DNA from: Methanoculleus sp. UBA208
GTDB taxonomy: Archaea; Halobacteriota; Methanomicrobia; Methanomicrobiales; Methanoculleaceae
Assembly: GCF_002498065.1 (NCBI RefSeq)
Contig: NZ_DAFZ01000109.1
Location: 2,542-66,541 of the forward strand
Length of the DNA stretch: 64,000 nt
Direction of reading: 5' to 3'
Position 1 is the stretch's first letter. The number at the start of each line of letters is the position of its first letter. The position numbers and the translations under genes are program-made. The notes beneath the pieces were generated by a model. It did not search any database. It had not been told where the DNA came from and was given only the letters and a program-made list of their open reading frames with translations. Shown here in pieces: positions 16,014 through 25,931 of this stretch.

Positions 16014-19000
16014 TCATTCCGCGACCTCCTTGAGCGTGAACCGGAACGCAGCGCCCGCTTCCGTGGTGCCGGGCACCCGATCCTCGACCCAGATACGCCC
16101 GCCGTAACGCTCCAGGAGCGTGCGGCAGATGTAGAGGCCGAGCCCCTCCCCCCGTGCCCGGGTCCGCCCTCGTTCGAACCGGCGGAAGATCGACTCCTTC
16201 AGTTCGTCGGGAACGCCGGGGCCGGTGTCGGCCACGGTGACGACGATGCTGCCGTCGAGCGTCTCGGCCGAGATAGTAATAACGACGTCGGGGCCGCCGA
16301 ACTTGACGGCATTCCCGATGAGATTGTGGAAGACTTCGGCAAGGAGATCGTCCGCCCAGACCGTGCGAGAGACTCCTTCATACCCGATCCCGGCTTCGGG
16401 GAAGTTCTTTTGTTCGCTGACGATCACGCCGTGAAGGTCGATCGGCTTCAGCGGCGCATGTTCCTGATGAATTTTGCGGATCATTGCAACATTCGCCAGA
16501 ATCTCCGTGCTTTTATCGATACTCCCCTTCATCTTCCGGACATATGTTTTGGGTTCCCCTTCGAGGATCTGCATCAGCAGGTCAGTGTACAGGATGGTGA
16601 CGCAGTTGGCGTTCCTGATGTCGTGCGTGAGGATGTCCAGGTACAGGTTCGCTTCGCGGTTTGCCGCCTCCAGCTGCTTATACAGCGTTCCGCGCAGGAT
16701 GCCGGCCCCGATCTCCTTGCTGATCGCCTCCATGAGCCATCGGGCGTCCGGGGGCACCCGCTCTCCTGCCGAACTCCCGATTGCCAGCGCTCCCATGATT
16801 CTCGACTCGGCCATGAGCGGAATCCAGGTGAGGGCGGAAACCCCGAAAACGTCCAGAATAGCCTTCTCCGCTTCATCCGTCTGTGCCCCGGCGGGGATGG
16901 AGAGATGTCTGCCTGCAACGAAGACCTTGTTGAAGGGGCGCTGGAATATATCGAGGGTCTTCAACCCGATTGATCGCTCCATGCCCCGCTGGCTCGCGAG
17001 AGTCGCAATGTTCAGTTCCCGGTCCAGCAGGTAGATGGCGCCGATATCGAAGTTCAGGAGGGCGAGGGAGGTATCGAGCGCGGACTCGACCAGCTCGTCG
17101 AGCGTGAGAGCCGATGCCGAGACGCCGATCAGCCGGTTCAGCATGGAGAGCTCCGAGCCCCGGCGCTGTATGGCCTCCTGTGCCTGCTTGCGCTCAGAGA
17201 TGTCACGGAAGACGACCATAATCGACGGTTGCCCATCGTAGAGTATGGGGGCCGCCGTGACCTCGACCCAGATGACCCGGCCTTCGACGGTCAGGCTCAC
17301 CTCTTCGAATACCGGGATACCTGTGCCCTCCTGCAGCATCCGGCGGATCCGTTCGGCGACGAAACCCTGGTAATCGGGGTGGACGAACATACCAAGCGGC
17401 TTGCCTACGACGTCTTCAGGCCCCTTCCCCCCTGCAATCCGGATGCCGGCAGGATTCACGTAGACGATGTTGCCGTCGGTCCGGTGAACGACGACGGCCT
17501 CCGGCATGAGTTCGACGAGGGTGCGGTAGCGCTCCTCGCTCTCGCGCAGAGCCTCCTCTGCCCTTTTCTGCTCCGTGATGTCGCGTGCCGCAGCAAAGAC
17601 GCCTGCGACCCTCCCTTCTTCGTCGCGGTAGACGGAGGCGTTATAGAGCACCGGAATCGTATGCCCGTCGCGATGCCGGATCTCCAGCGGGTAGTCCCGC
17701 ACCTGCCCTTCCGCAAAGACCCTCCGGTATCCCGCCTTTGCGCCAGGAGGATCGGTGAAGTAATCGGAGAAGTCCGTTCCTATCAGCTCTTCGCGTGCAT
17801 AGCCTGTCGCCTGCTCGGTGGCAGTATTGACGTCGGTGATCCTTCCGTCGGGGCCGATGGCGGCGAGCGGGTCGGGATTGGCTTCGATGAGGCTCCTGTT
17901 GTAGGCGTTTGCTGCTTTGAGCCCCTCTTCCGCCTGCTTCTGCTCGGTGATATCGATCCCCGACCCCATCGCAGAGAGCGGTTTCCCTTCCTCATCGGTG
18001 ACCATGGAGAGGGCAAGTTGCATGGGGAAGGTCGACCCGTCCCGGCGTCGCCCCTCGGTCTCCCCGGACCAGGTGCCGACCCGGAGGAACTCGTCTATGA
18101 TCCGGTTTGCCTCCGCCGGGTCGGCCCAGAGCACCGATGTCGGCTGCCCGAGAATCTCGTCCTCCCGCTCCCACCCGTGTATGGCGAGGAAGGCGCGGTT
18201 GACATAGATGATCCTCCCGTCGAGACCGACGAGGGAGATGGCGTCGAGCGACGATGCTATCGCCATATCCTTGATCCTGAGCTCCTGCTCGGCCCGCTTG
18301 CGCTCGGTGATATCCTGCGCGAACTCGATGAGACCGATAAGCTCCCCGTTCTCGTCGGTGACGGGATGCCCCCGGAGGAAGAAGACCCTCCCGTCGGGAG
18401 TGGCGATCTCGGTTTCCTGGGGCTGCCCGGTCTCCCGGGCAATAACGACAGGGCATATGTCGCAGACACCTGTACGGTTGTGCCATATCTCGTAGCATCG
18501 ATGCCCGACCAGGTCCTCCGGTTCCCTGCCGAGGAACGCGGCGGCGGCGCGGTTGACCCAGAGCACCCTGAGATCCGTGTCATAGTAGGCGAACATCTCG
18601 GCCGTCGAGTCGAGAATCAGGCCCTTCTCCCGTTCTGACCGCCGCAGGGCCTCTTCGGTCCGCTTTCGCTCCGTGATGTCCCACGCGTTTATCACAAAGC
18701 CCCTGATGTGAGGATCGTCAAGGAGGTTGGTCACGATTGCCTCGATCACGTGCGTGCCGCGCGGGCCCCTGAAGCGGACCTCGAGCTGCCCGCTCCCCCC
18801 CGGGCTCTCTGCCAGGGTCGATACCATCTCCTCCACCCGCGGCAGATCCTCGGGCTGGATCATATCGAACGCATGCTTCCCGATCAGCGTATCGGGCGCA
18901 AAGCCGTCCAACCGCTCGATAGGCGGGCTCGCAAACCGGATCGTTAACTGATCGTCGATAATGAGGATGAATTCGGAGCCCTTCTCGATGAGGGCCCGGA

Positions 19001-19127
19001 ACGTCTTTTCGCTCTCTCGCAGGTCGGCCTCCGCCCGGTGCCGCTGGAGAGCGATCGAAGCAAGGCTCCGGAAGACCTCGACGGCCCGGAAATTGACCTC
19101 TCCACCCTCCCGCCGGGTGAGTATCAC
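16014..19127 (-). CDS. Multi-PAS/GAF sensor histidine kinase (C-terminal 1037 aa of a gene split by an in-frame TAG)
   Basis: Track ORF starting at GTG. Several PAS modules are followed by a GAF-like segment, LDILTHDIRN, and HATPase motifs (NLIGNAVKFGG, DTGPGVP, GLGLYICR). It lies in the same frame as ORF 19152..19991, separated only by TAG plus 8 sense codons. Confidence 0.85.
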   Translation of the reverse strand: MILTRREGGEVNFRAVEVFRSLASIALQRHRAEADLRESEKTFRALIEKGSEFILIIDDQLTIRFASPPIERLDGFAPDTLIGKHAFDMIQPEDLPRVEEMVSTLAESPGGSGQLEVRFRGPRGTHVIEAIVTNLLDDPHIRGFVINAWDITERKRTEEALRRSEREKGLILDSTAEMFAYYDTDLRVLWVNRAAAAFLGREPEDLVGHRCYEIWHNRTGVCDICPVVIARETGQPQETEIATPDGRVFFLRGHPVTDENGELIGLIEFAQDITERKRAEQELRIKDMAIASSLDAISLVGLDGRIIYVNRAFLAIHGWEREDEILGQPTSVLWADPAEANRIIDEFLRVGTWSGETEGRRRDGSTFPMQLALSMVTDEEGKPLSAMGSGIDITEQKQAEEGLKAANAYNRSLIEANPDPLAAIGPDGRITDVNTATEQATGYAREELIGTDFSDYFTDPPGAKAGYRRVFAEGQVRDYPLEIRHRDGHTIPVLYNASVYRDEEGRVAGVFAAARDITEQKRAEEALRESEERYRTLVELMPEAVVVHRTDGNIVYVNPAGIRIAGGKGPEDVVGKPLGMFVHPDYQGFVAERIRRMLQEGTGIPVFEEVSLTVEGRVIWVEVTAAPILYDGQPSIMVVFRDISERKQAQEAIQRRGSELSMLNRLIGVSASALTLDELVESALDTSLALLNFDIGAIYLLDRELNIATLASQRGMERSIGLKTLDIFQRPFNKVFVAGRHLSIPAGAQTDEAEKAILDVFGVSALTWIPLMAESRIMGALAIGSSAGERVPPDARWLMEAISKEIGAGILRGTLYKQLEAANREANLYLDILTHDIRNANCVTILYTDLLMQILEGEPKTYVRKMKGSIDKSTEILANVAMIRKIHQEHAPLKPIDLHGVIVSEQKNFPEAGIGYEGVSRTVWADDLLAEVFHNLIGNAVKFGGPDVVITISAETLDGSIVVTVADTGPGVPDELKESIFRRFERGRTRARGEGLGLYICRTLLERYGGRIWVEDRVPGTTEAGAAFRFTLKEVAE

Positions 19128-19151
19128 GGCCGACCCGAAGATTTCGCCTTT

Positions 19152-19991
19152 CTAGGTGAACGGGATGCAGTACATTGCCCCAAGACCGGCAATATCCTCG
19201 AATTTACGGCAGATCTCCCGGGAGATCTGCCCGAGGGCGACTTCCTGCAGCCCTCCTTTCACCTCCTCGATCTCGCCGCGGGTCATGATCGCCCGGATAT
19301 GCGGTGGGATTTCGAGCGAGATCCCGGTGAGGTCCTCCCCGAAGGTCTCGATGATCTCCGGCAGGAACGGCTCGATGCCGAAGAACGCTCGCGGGTTCAG
19401 GGTGCCCGCCCGGATATCGGCGGCGCTCACGATGACGACGGCACCGGGCGCGAGTTCGTGGAGGTAGGCGCCGATTGCGGAGAAGACGTCGGCCTCGGGC
19501 GGCATCGCAGCAAGTTCCGTCGCCGCCCGGGAGAGGAAGGCCTGATCGCCCGATCTCCGCCGCACCTCTCCTTCGGCGGCCTCCCGGCGGGTGACGTCGC
19601 GGAACCGGACGAGCCAGTCCCCGGTCGCTTCCACCTGCCTGGAGGAGAAGGCATACCACCTCTCCCGGCAGGCCGAGGATACCCTGGCCGTGATCTCCCC
19701 GGACTCGGTGCGGTTCTGCAGCAGCGAGAGGATCCGCTCCCTCTGGTCCCCGTCCGCTTCCGGAAGGATTCGGTCGGCGACGATGCGGGCCGCATCCGCA
19801 CCGCGGGCGTCATCGGCGGAGATCCCGGCGAGGCGCTCCATGGAAGGGGTGATGGTGCGGATGTTCATGTTGGAATCGGCGAGGATGACGGCATCTTCCG
19901 TGGCTTCCAGTATCTGCAGTATCTCGGGTCGCACCTCCATGTCCGGCTCAGTGATCCGCATACGGCCCAGCCCCGCCCGCAGGATCGTCAT
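19152..19991 (-). CDS. N-terminal PAS plus sensor-domain fragment (279 aa) of the same histidine kinase, terminated by an in-frame TAG
   Basis: Track ORF. It ends ...GLGAMYCIPFT[TAG 19154-19152]. The frame continues KGEIFGSAV(V/M)ILTRREGGEVNF into ORF 16014..19127. Confidence 0.7.
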   Translation of the reverse strand: MTILRAGLGRMRITEPDMEVRPEILQILEATEDAVILADSNMNIRTITPSMERLAGISADDARGADAARIVADRILPEADGDQRERILSLLQNRTESGEITARVSSACRERWYAFSSRQVEATGDWLVRFRDVTRREAAEGEVRRRSGDQAFLSRAATELAAMPPEADVFSAIGAYLHELAPGAVVIVSAADIRAGTLNPRAFFGIEPFLPEIIETFGEDLTGISLEIPPHIRAIMTRGEIEEVKGGLQEVALGQISREICRKFEDIAGLGAMYCIPFT

Positions 19992-20210
19992 CGGCAGGGA
20001 GTTCCTCGTGCAGGGTTCTCCACGGGGATAACGTCATAGAAAGTATATAATAGTCTGTCTGCCGGCCCGTCCGGGCAGCCAGCCCACCCTTTTTGTGCGC
20101 CGGGGAGATCTCGATACGGCAAGACCTTTGGGCTCCGTCCAGGCATGTGCGGGAACGGCTGGAATAATGGGAGGACTTGAAAGCGGAGGGAATATAACCC
20201 AAGAAGTAAA

Positions 20211-20295
20211 TGCGAGGGGTGAGATTCGAACTCACGAACTCCTACGAGACCAGGCCCTCAACCTGGCGCCTTTGACCTGGCTTGGCAACCCTCGC
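20211..20295 (-). tRNA. tRNA-Leu (anticodon GAG), class II with a long variable arm, 85 nt, no encoded CCA
   Basis: The reverse complement folds by hand as GCGAGGG/CCCTCGC acceptor, CCAGG-TTGAGGG-CCTGG anticodon arm (GAG), variable stem CTC-GTAG-GAG, T arm GTGAG-TTCGAAT-CTCAC, and discriminator A. Confidence 0.9.
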
Positions 20296-20476
20296 CCTGT
20301 TCCTCTCTATATAACGCATTGCAACATAAAATATCTTGCTCTGCGGGAACCGGGCCTCTCACGGACGAGATGGCCGCACGTCCCCGTGTGGCCTTCCCGT
20401 TATGCGCATACCCGTGCTCCGGCGTCCCCTGAACGTCTTCGATGCGTATTTATGCGCCCGCTTCCAACGATCCCGC

Positions 20477-20980
20477 ATGTGGGCTGACATCTCACGGGAG
20501 TTCGCCGATTCGCCGTCCCAGAGCCGCGTCGTCCGGTTCCTGCTGGAGAACGGGTTCGGCATCAATGAAGAGGGGCGCATCGTCTGCAACGGCATCGAGA
20601 TCCCGGCCACGCACGTCGGCAGGGCGATCGAGACCGACCGCAGGGTCGTCGACGCCACAGCCCGCCGCATTCTCGAGAACCCGGAACTTCGGGAGGTCTT
20701 TATCCGGATGCGTGCCGCGCCCGACCTCTCCCGGGTCGCCGAGGCCCTCGGCCTCTCGGTCATCACGCTCTACCCGAAGGACGCGCACCAGAAGGGGATC
20801 GTCGGCGCGGCGGTCGAGGTTCTCGTCGAACACGACCTCTCCATCCGCCAGATCTTCGTCACCGATCCCTACCTCGCAGAAGAGCCCAAACTCGTGATGA
20901 TCGTGGACGAACCAAGGGTCCCGGCATCGGTCTACGAACGCCTGCGTGCGCTCCCGCAGGTAAAACAGTTGATCATCTGA
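20477..20980 (+). CDS. ACT-domain regulator of amino-acid metabolism (COG2150-like)
   Basis: Inner ATG of track ORF 20336..20980. MWADISREFADSPSQSRVVRFLLENGFGI... is followed by a C-terminal ACT-like segment. An alternative start exists at 20402. The upstream part of the track ORF overlaps the tRNA promoter region. Confidence 0.7.
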   Translation: MWADISREFADSPSQSRVVRFLLENGFGINEEGRIVCNGIEIPATHVGRAIETDRRVVDATARRILENPELREVFIRMRAAPDLSRVAEALGLSVITLYPKDAHQKGIVGAAVEVLVEHDLSIRQIFVTDPYLAEEPKLVMIVDEPRVPASVYERLRALPQVKQLII

Positions 20981-21458
20981 AAAGCTCCATCTCCTGCCCG
21001 AGCCGGCGGATCCGCTCCCTCTGCCTTCGCGGGAGGGCGATTGAACGCTGCAGCCGCTCCTCGAGCGTGATGACGCGGGTTCCCTTCACCAGGTTGTCCG
21101 CGTGGGCGACGATCTTCTCCTCAAGCGTTCTTGGCATGCAGTCGCGCGGCGTCAGATCGAGGGCCGCACACTCGTCCGCCGTCAGCCCGGCGCCGATGTG
21201 CCGCTCGACGATGGCGACGACGGCTTCGTCAAGACCGAACGACCGGCATATCGCGCCGCCCGCTTCGGCGTGGCGAAGGTCGTGCGTCACTCCCCGGCCG
21301 ATATCGTGGAGGAGGGCCCCGGCCTCGATGAGGTCGCGATCGACCGACGGGCCGGAGGCGTAGGCGAGCGCAAGGTCGCGCACCGCCCGGCAGTGTGCGA
21401 TGACCCCTTCGGAGCACCCGGCGCGCCTGAGGAGGGCGATGCAGTCCTCTTCACGCAC
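20973..21458 (-). CDS. HD-domain phosphohydrolase (TIGR00295-like, 161 aa)
   Basis: GTG start at 21458, overlapping the tfe stop (GTGCGTGA). HD motifs are LLHDIGR and HAEAG...ERHIGAG. The upstream part of track ORF 20973..21704 is a Ser/Thr/Arg-rich shadow of tfe. Confidence 0.7.
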   Translation of the reverse strand: MREEDCIALLRRAGCSEGVIAHCRAVRDLALAYASGPSVDRDLIEAGALLHDIGRGVTHDLRHAEAGGAICRSFGLDEAVVAIVERHIGAGLTADECAALDLTPRDCMPRTLEEKIVAHADNLVKGTRVITLEERLQRSIALPRRQRERIRRLGQEMELFR

Positions 21459-21978
21459 TCCCGAGGCTCTCCTTGATCTTATCGACCCTTCTCCTGAGGG
21501 CGCTGGCGATGAGTTCGTTGTCGAAGTGCTCGAGCATCTCCTCGCAGTTCGGGCACTCGAAGTTCCAGTTCGCCGCATCCGTGAAGGTATAGACGACGCT
21601 GCAGTTTCTGCACATGTAAAAGTCGTTCTTCTCCTCGTAGGTGAGCCGGGCATTGAGGTGCTCGAGCACGTCCCGGACCTCCTCCTCGAGCACGTCATAA
21701 ACACGGTCCAGGCGGAGGTGCCAGAGGTAGGTGAGCCAGCCGGTCTCGGTGTTCTTCAGCCGCCGGTACTCGGCGAGGCGTTTCTCGTAGAGCGTGTAAA
21801 GGGTGTGGCGAACGGTGTTGAGGTTGACCCCGGTCATCTCGGCAAGTTCCTCGTCACTGTGCTCTCCTCCTTCGGGGAACCGCCTGAGAAGCTCGATTCC
21901 ATCCTCCCCGATCATGCGCAGAATGTAGGCGTTGATTGCCGGATCGTTTAACAGTTCAGTGACGGATACCATGCTCAA
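21451..21978 (-). CDS. tfe: Transcription factor E (TFIIE-alpha homologue)
   Basis: Track ORF, 175 aa. N-terminal winged helix ([27 protein letters not shown]) plus a zinc ribbon, CRNC...CPNC. Confidence 0.85.
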   Translation of the reverse strand: MSMVSVTELLNDPAINAYILRMIGEDGIELLRRFPEGGEHSDEELAEMTGVNLNTVRHTLYTLYEKRLAEYRRLKNTETGWLTYLWHLRLDRVYDVLEEEVRDVLEHLNARLTYEEKNDFYMCRNCSVVYTFTDAANWNFECPNCEEMLEHFDNELIASALRRRVDKIKESLGSA

Positions 21979-22122
21979 ATCTCTCCCATAACGGATAATC
22001 GTATAATAGTATATGTTCCAGCATCGATGTTTAGCATACTCTGCTTTTAATCTTTAATTCTCTTTTCCCGTGTCCGGGGGGCGGTCCCCCTCTCCCGCCG
22101 GAGGCGGGGCCGTGCCCACCGC

Positions 22123-23199
22123 TCATTCCCCGATGAGCCTCCGGACTGCCGCGGTGTTCCTCTCGAGATCCGCGTATGCCGCTGTTTCCGTCTCTCCGCA
22201 GCCAAAGACGCTCACGACGGCGTGGCCCTCCTCGAACTCGGTTCCGGGCCAGGGTATATCGGCGATCCGGGGCGCAAGTGCAGAAAGATCGACGTCGAGA
22301 CGCATATCCCGCTCCGCAAAGAGGATCCGCCGGACCGCGACCTGCCGCGGTGCAGGCACCGCCGCCGGGATCACCCCGCGGCAGGCGTCCATGTGCATGG
22401 CAAAGACGCTCCTTTCGATCGCCATCTCGACCGTATCCAGGGTGGCCTGGAACCGGGGATTGATCTCGATCGCCCAGGGTTTCTCGCCCGCCACAAAATC
22501 GATCCCGACCGAGCCCACGCACCCGCTTGCGGCAGCGATTTGCTCTGCCGCCGCGATCATCTCCCCGGCAAGGGGATGGGAGAACGGGGTGAGCGACCCG
22601 GCAAACCCGTGCGCGGATTCCCCCTCGCCCCGCAGGAGCTGCCGGTTGACCGCGACGGCCCGCGCCCGCCGGCCGTCGGCGACGCAGGAGACGCTTGAGG
22701 GGACTCCGTCGACGAGGTGCTGTGCGATGTAGGGGACGTCCGGCCAGGCCTCCTCCCACCGGCGGAGGTCTTCTGCGGTCCTCGCGACCGCGTTCCTCCA
22801 TCCTCCCGCTCCCCGGCGCGGTTTGACCATCACCGGAAACCGATCGCTCGCTGCGAGCGGCGGGACCGGCACGTCCAGCCCCTCGAAGAACCGCTGGATC
22901 TCCAGTTTGTCGAGGAACCGCTCCACTTTCGCAGGCGGCGTGCCGTAGAGCGGGATCGTCGTCCCGACGGCCTCGGCGCCCGAGGCGACGACCAGCACGT
23001 CGACCGGGTGGCGGGAGGCGAGTTCGACGATCTTCTCCGGAAGTTCGGCGAGTTCGTCGAACGAGAGGCAGTCCTCCGTGTACCACCCGAGATCCTGGTC
23101 GCAGAAGTGGTCGACGGCGTAGACCGTGTAGCCGGCCCGGCGGGCCGACTGCGCCACGTGCCGCGTGGCGAACCCCGCAACCAGAACCCGGCCCGTCAC
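22123..23199 (-). CDS. ATP-grasp domain protein (COG2232-like carboligase, 358 aa)
   Basis: GTG start at 23199, overlapping the trm56 stop (GTGA). [30 protein letters not shown]... is followed by ATP-grasp core motifs ([26 protein letters not shown]). The first 120 codons of track ORF 22123..23559 are shadow sequence. Confidence 0.7.
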   Translation of the reverse strand: MTGRVLVAGFATRHVAQSARRAGYTVYAVDHFCDQDLGWYTEDCLSFDELAELPEKIVELASRHPVDVLVVASGAEAVGTTIPLYGTPPAKVERFLDKLEIQRFFEGLDVPVPPLAASDRFPVMVKPRRGAGGWRNAVARTAEDLRRWEEAWPDVPYIAQHLVDGVPSSVSCVADGRRARAVAVNRQLLRGEGESAHGFAGSLTPFSHPLAGEMIAAAEQIAAASGCVGSVGIDFVAGEKPWAIEINPRFQATLDTVEMAIERSVFAMHMDACRGVIPAAVPAPRQVAVRRILFAERDMRLDVDLSALAPRIADIPWPGTEFEEGHAVVSVFGCGETETAAYADLERNTAAVRRLIGE

Positions 23200-23732
23200 C
23201 GCTCCACCGTCTTCTTCCCGACCTTCGTTGGTTCGATCCGGATCTTCGCGTCCGGGTACTCCCGGTTGAGCTCCTTCCCCTCGAAGAGGTGGTCGAGGAA
23301 GAGGGCGAGGCTCGAGATCTCGGAGTGGGGCTGGGTGGTCACCGAGACGTTGTAGTCGGCAAGTCCATAGATGTCGCCCGGGACCTTCTCCGCCCCCACC
23401 ACGACGAGCACCCGCTCCTCGCCGCGGATCTCGTCGATGACGTCGGTCATCCGGAGCCCGTACATCGTGAGGTGGGCGACTTTGCCGCCGGCGGCCTTCC
23501 AGTCCTGGATGCACCGCCGCCACTTCACGTCGTTCTCCACGAAGAAGCCCCCTCCCCACCGGGAGGCGACGTCCGTTATGCTCGTGACCACCCCGGGATC
23601 GTCTGCGGCGAGGTACATTCCACGGGCACCGAGCGCCCGAGCCGCGAGCCCGACGTGGGTAGTCACCCGCTGGTCGCGTTCGGGCCGGTGGCCTATCCGG
23701 AGCACGGCTACTTCGGGCATAGCCTTACTCAT
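23196..23732 (-). CDS. trm56: tRNA (cytidine56-2'-O)-methyltransferase aTrm56 (SPOUT)
   Basis: [44 protein letters not shown] and [31 protein letters not shown] closely follow the Pyrococcus aTrm56 sequence as I recall it. The start is ATG 23732 (MSKAMPEV) or 23720 (MPEV). Confidence 0.85.
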   Translation of the reverse strand: MSKAMPEVAVLRIGHRPERDQRVTTHVGLAARALGARGMYLAADDPGVVTSITDVASRWGGGFFVENDVKWRRCIQDWKAAGGKVAHLTMYGLRMTDVIDEIRGEERVLVVVGAEKVPGDIYGLADYNVSVTTQPHSEISSLALFLDHLFEGKELNREYPDAKIRIEPTKVGKKTVER

Positions 23733-24006
23733 CTCTCCTTTTTGCCCTGACGACACCGTTCTCGATGACGAACGGCAGGTCATCCCTGGTGTGCCGGCAC
23801 TGGCACTCGATCAGCGACTCCTGAATGGAGAGGAGGCGCACCGTCCCCTCTGCCTGCCGGACCAGGAGGTAACGCTCGAGACGCTCGAGCGACGCCGTCA
23901 CCGCACCGGGCTCAAAACCAGTGGCTGCTACCAGGTCTTCGACCGTAATGCCGCCGGTTTCGGGAATCCGGTGATATACGGTCCAATCCAGATCTTCCTC
24001 ACGCAC
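23725..24006 (-). CDS. Small winged-helix DNA-binding protein (93 aa)
   Basis: Track [42 protein letters not shown] is MarR/ArsR-like wHTH. It sits directly upstream of trm56. Confidence 0.55.
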   Translation of the reverse strand: MREEDLDWTVYHRIPETGGITVEDLVAATGFEPGAVTASLERLERYLLVRQAEGTVRLLSIQESLIECQCRHTRDDLPFVIENGVVRAKRRDE

Positions 24007-24120
24007 ACCTATTCTTTTTTCCGGGCGGACCGATATAGTTATTCATGCACCGCCCGCACCGTTCCGGCTCTGTAGGCCGGTATCCGGGCAGGGCTGCACG
24101 AGGTATGGTGGGAACCGAGT

Positions 24121-24513
24121 ATGGTCGATTATGTGGAACTGGCGGAACTTGCCGACAGGCTCTTTGAGGCGAGCGACGACGACGACGAACTTTTTGCCCG
24201 GATGCTGGATACGCTTGACGCGGAGACCCGGGGAGCGCTGCTCTCCTCCGACCTCCTCAACGCGTACCAGGTCTTTTACTACTACTTCCGGGAAACGCCG
24301 GACGAGCTGACGAAGGAGCGGCTGCAGCTCCACGCGGCATCGGACCTCGCCCGGGGGATCGTCATCGACGAGGTCGATATCTACGAGGTTGTCTTTTCAC
24401 TGGAAGGCGGAGAGCCTGTCGTCCTCATCACCGACGGCGAGAACACGCTCGCACGGTTCGAAGGAGAGCAGGCATACACGGAGATGGTCAGGTACCTGGA
24501 TGAGTCCCTTTAG
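24121..24513 (+). CDS. Hypothetical acidic protein (130 aa)
   Basis: Track ORF with normal composition and no shadow-ORF bias. No family recognised. Confidence 0.5.
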   Translation: MVDYVELAELADRLFEASDDDDELFARMLDTLDAETRGALLSSDLLNAYQVFYYYFRETPDELTKERLQLHAASDLARGIVIDEVDIYEVVFSLEGGEPVVLITDGENTLARFEGEQAYTEMVRYLDESL

Positions 24514-24639
24514 TGGTCCGTTTCGCCTAAAATTTCCGCTTTGTTGAAACCCTCTTCAGTTTCCATTCTTACCCTGCTGAGGCTGGTGCCGGGCCCGGCT
24601 TGTCCCCAGGATCGGCCTTTTTCTCGGGCCTGTCCTCAT

Positions 24640-25225
24640 GCCGTGGACCGTGGTGGCCAGCGCATCTGACGATGCTCGAACTCCCGCCGTCCCGCCGGTC
24701 GTTTATCGCCATTGGGGGAACGACTGTCCGCAGGACAGGAGTTCGAGAAACCCAAAGGGTTTCGCTGTGGGGCCGACGGGGAGTACGAGCGAAGCGAGCT
24801 TGAGCACCGGAGGTGCAAGGGGGTCTCCCCCTCCCCTGTCTCCATCCCACAAGTAGACGTGTAACCCCACCCCGCCCGGCCTCCGGCCTCCTCAGACGCA
24901 CCTGCGGTGCTCGAACTCCTGCCGTTCCGGCAGTCGTTCCCCGCCCCAGGGGCGGGGGCAGTCATGGCGATACCCGGTGGAAAGCCGTGCTCCGGAGTGT
25001 GACCATCGGGAGAGGCAGATCCGGGTTCAACAAAGCCGAACGTTCCCCTGTTCTGCGGGAGGGCATAGCGCCCGCCCCCCACACGCCAAAATTCCTAACA
25101 TAAAGTGACAAGATGCACTAGACCGGTGGTCTGCCAGAAACCCTGCGGGTTTCTTCAACTCCTGCTCCGAAGCCTGATGGCTTCTCATGCTCCGTTCCGT
25201 TGGAACGTCGCACCCTACCGCCAGT
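24640..25225. repeat. Hairpin-dense noncoding repeat element, copy A (paralogous to 42984-43375)
   Basis: Blocks shared with copy B: gtggaccgtgg (24642), the 14-mer ggtgctcgaactcc (24906, plus a variant at 24671), gtcgtttatcgcc (24698), and acccggtggaaagccgtgctccggagtg (24972-24999, 27/28 identical to 43295-43322). It holds many short GC hairpins. No credible ORF. Confidence 0.6.
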
Positions 25226-25931
25226 CGTTTCCGGCAGTGATCAGCCGTTCGTCGACGTTCGCCCGCACGATCGGCGGGAGATCCCCCCACCGGATCACCG
25301 CGTCATCGATGACGGCGAGCACGCCTAAAACACCGATCCCGGAGAGGCCGTCGAGGACCGAGGTGTCGTCCGCCGTGATCCGGTTGCAGATAGCCGTCGC
25401 CCAGGCGTCCGCGACGGCGACGTCGGTGGCAAAGACCGTCACGGCGTCGGCGGTGCCGAAACTGATGGACGGGCCCACCGTCGCCGACGAGGTGCAGATG
25501 CCGAGGATCTCATTCTGCGGCGGGAGCAGGAACGCAATCCGCCCGCTCAGGGGCGATGCTCCCGCATAGATGCCGATCTTCACCTCGCGATCGCTTGCAA
25601 GAGCAATGTCCCCCCCGTTGTCGACGAGGGCAAACGCCGCCCCGTCCTCGACCATGGCCTCCACGCCGGCCCAGGCTATCGCACCCGCCACCGCCGCCAT
25701 GGGGCCGATCCCGGCCTCTGCCGCGGCCCGGGCCATGCGATCGGGGGTCCTCTCCGGGATCTTCGGGATGTACGGCTCGAGCGTTGCCGCAAAATAGGGG
25801 TCCCGGGCGATCTGCCGCTCGACCTCCTGCCGGGCGGCCAGCATCCCGGATTTTGCCGCCTCGATCGCTCCGGGGTCCTCGGCGAGGATCGTCGTGATCG
25901 TCTGCCGGAACTCGAAATGCTCCCGGATCAT
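25215..25931 (-). CDS. UPF0280 / ApbE-like protein (COG2122, 238 aa)
   Basis: Inner ATG 25931 of track ORF 25215..26081, with an ATGA overlap with the upstream gene. MIREHFEFRQTITTILAEDP...GPMAAVAGAIAWAGVEAM...DNGGDIAL. Confidence 0.75.
   Translation of the reverse strand: MIREHFEFRQTITTILAEDPGAIEAAKSGMLAARQEVERQIARDPYFAATLEPYIPKIPERTPDRMARAAAEAGIGPMAAVAGAIAWAGVEAMVEDGAAFALVDNGGDIALASDREVKIGIYAGASPLSGRIAFLLPPQNEILGICTSSATVGPSISFGTADAVTVFATDVAVADAWATAICNRITADDTSVLDGLSGIGVLGVLAVIDDAVIRWGDLPPIVRANVDERLITAGNDWR

Noticed and set aside
2829-19154. Two in-frame TAG codons (2829-2831 and 19152-19154) as evidence of pyrrolysine or amber recoding
   Set aside because: TAG is used as an ordinary terminator by several well-defined genes here (PIN gene at 181, HEAT gene at 7556, MNT gene at 57070). 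One of the two TAG-containing genes is clearly a multi-lesion pseudogene. No pyl genes or methylamine methyltransferases are in the window. This cannot be fully excluded without the whole genome.
20300-20340. Promoter for tRNA-Leu (TTATATAG and TTTTATG on the minus strand, 20306-20335)
   Set aside because: Two AT-rich boxes are present, but their spacing to the mature 5' end (about -13 to -19 and -30 to -40) does not let me choose one. Noted but not listed as a feature.
22123-23559. Full-length versions of several track ORFs with long N-terminal extensions (181..1704, 20336..20980, 20973..21704, 22123..23559, 25215..26081, 28001..29437, 33258..33998, 43288..43983, 56692..57072)
   Set aside because: The extensions are Arg/Gly/Pro/Ser-rich and overlap the upstream gene. 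They precede internal starts that give family-typical N-termini and classic 4-8 nt start/stop overlaps. The shorter models were adopted.
24640-25225. Repeat elements A and B as a CRISPR array, a tRNA/tRNA-derived SINE, or a known structural RNA (SRP or RNase P)
   Set aside because: The sub-repeats are not regularly spaced with unique spacers. ggagttcgag resembles a T-arm, but no cloverleaf can be drawn. The conserved cores of SRP RNA and RNase P RNA are not present, and the element occurs twice.
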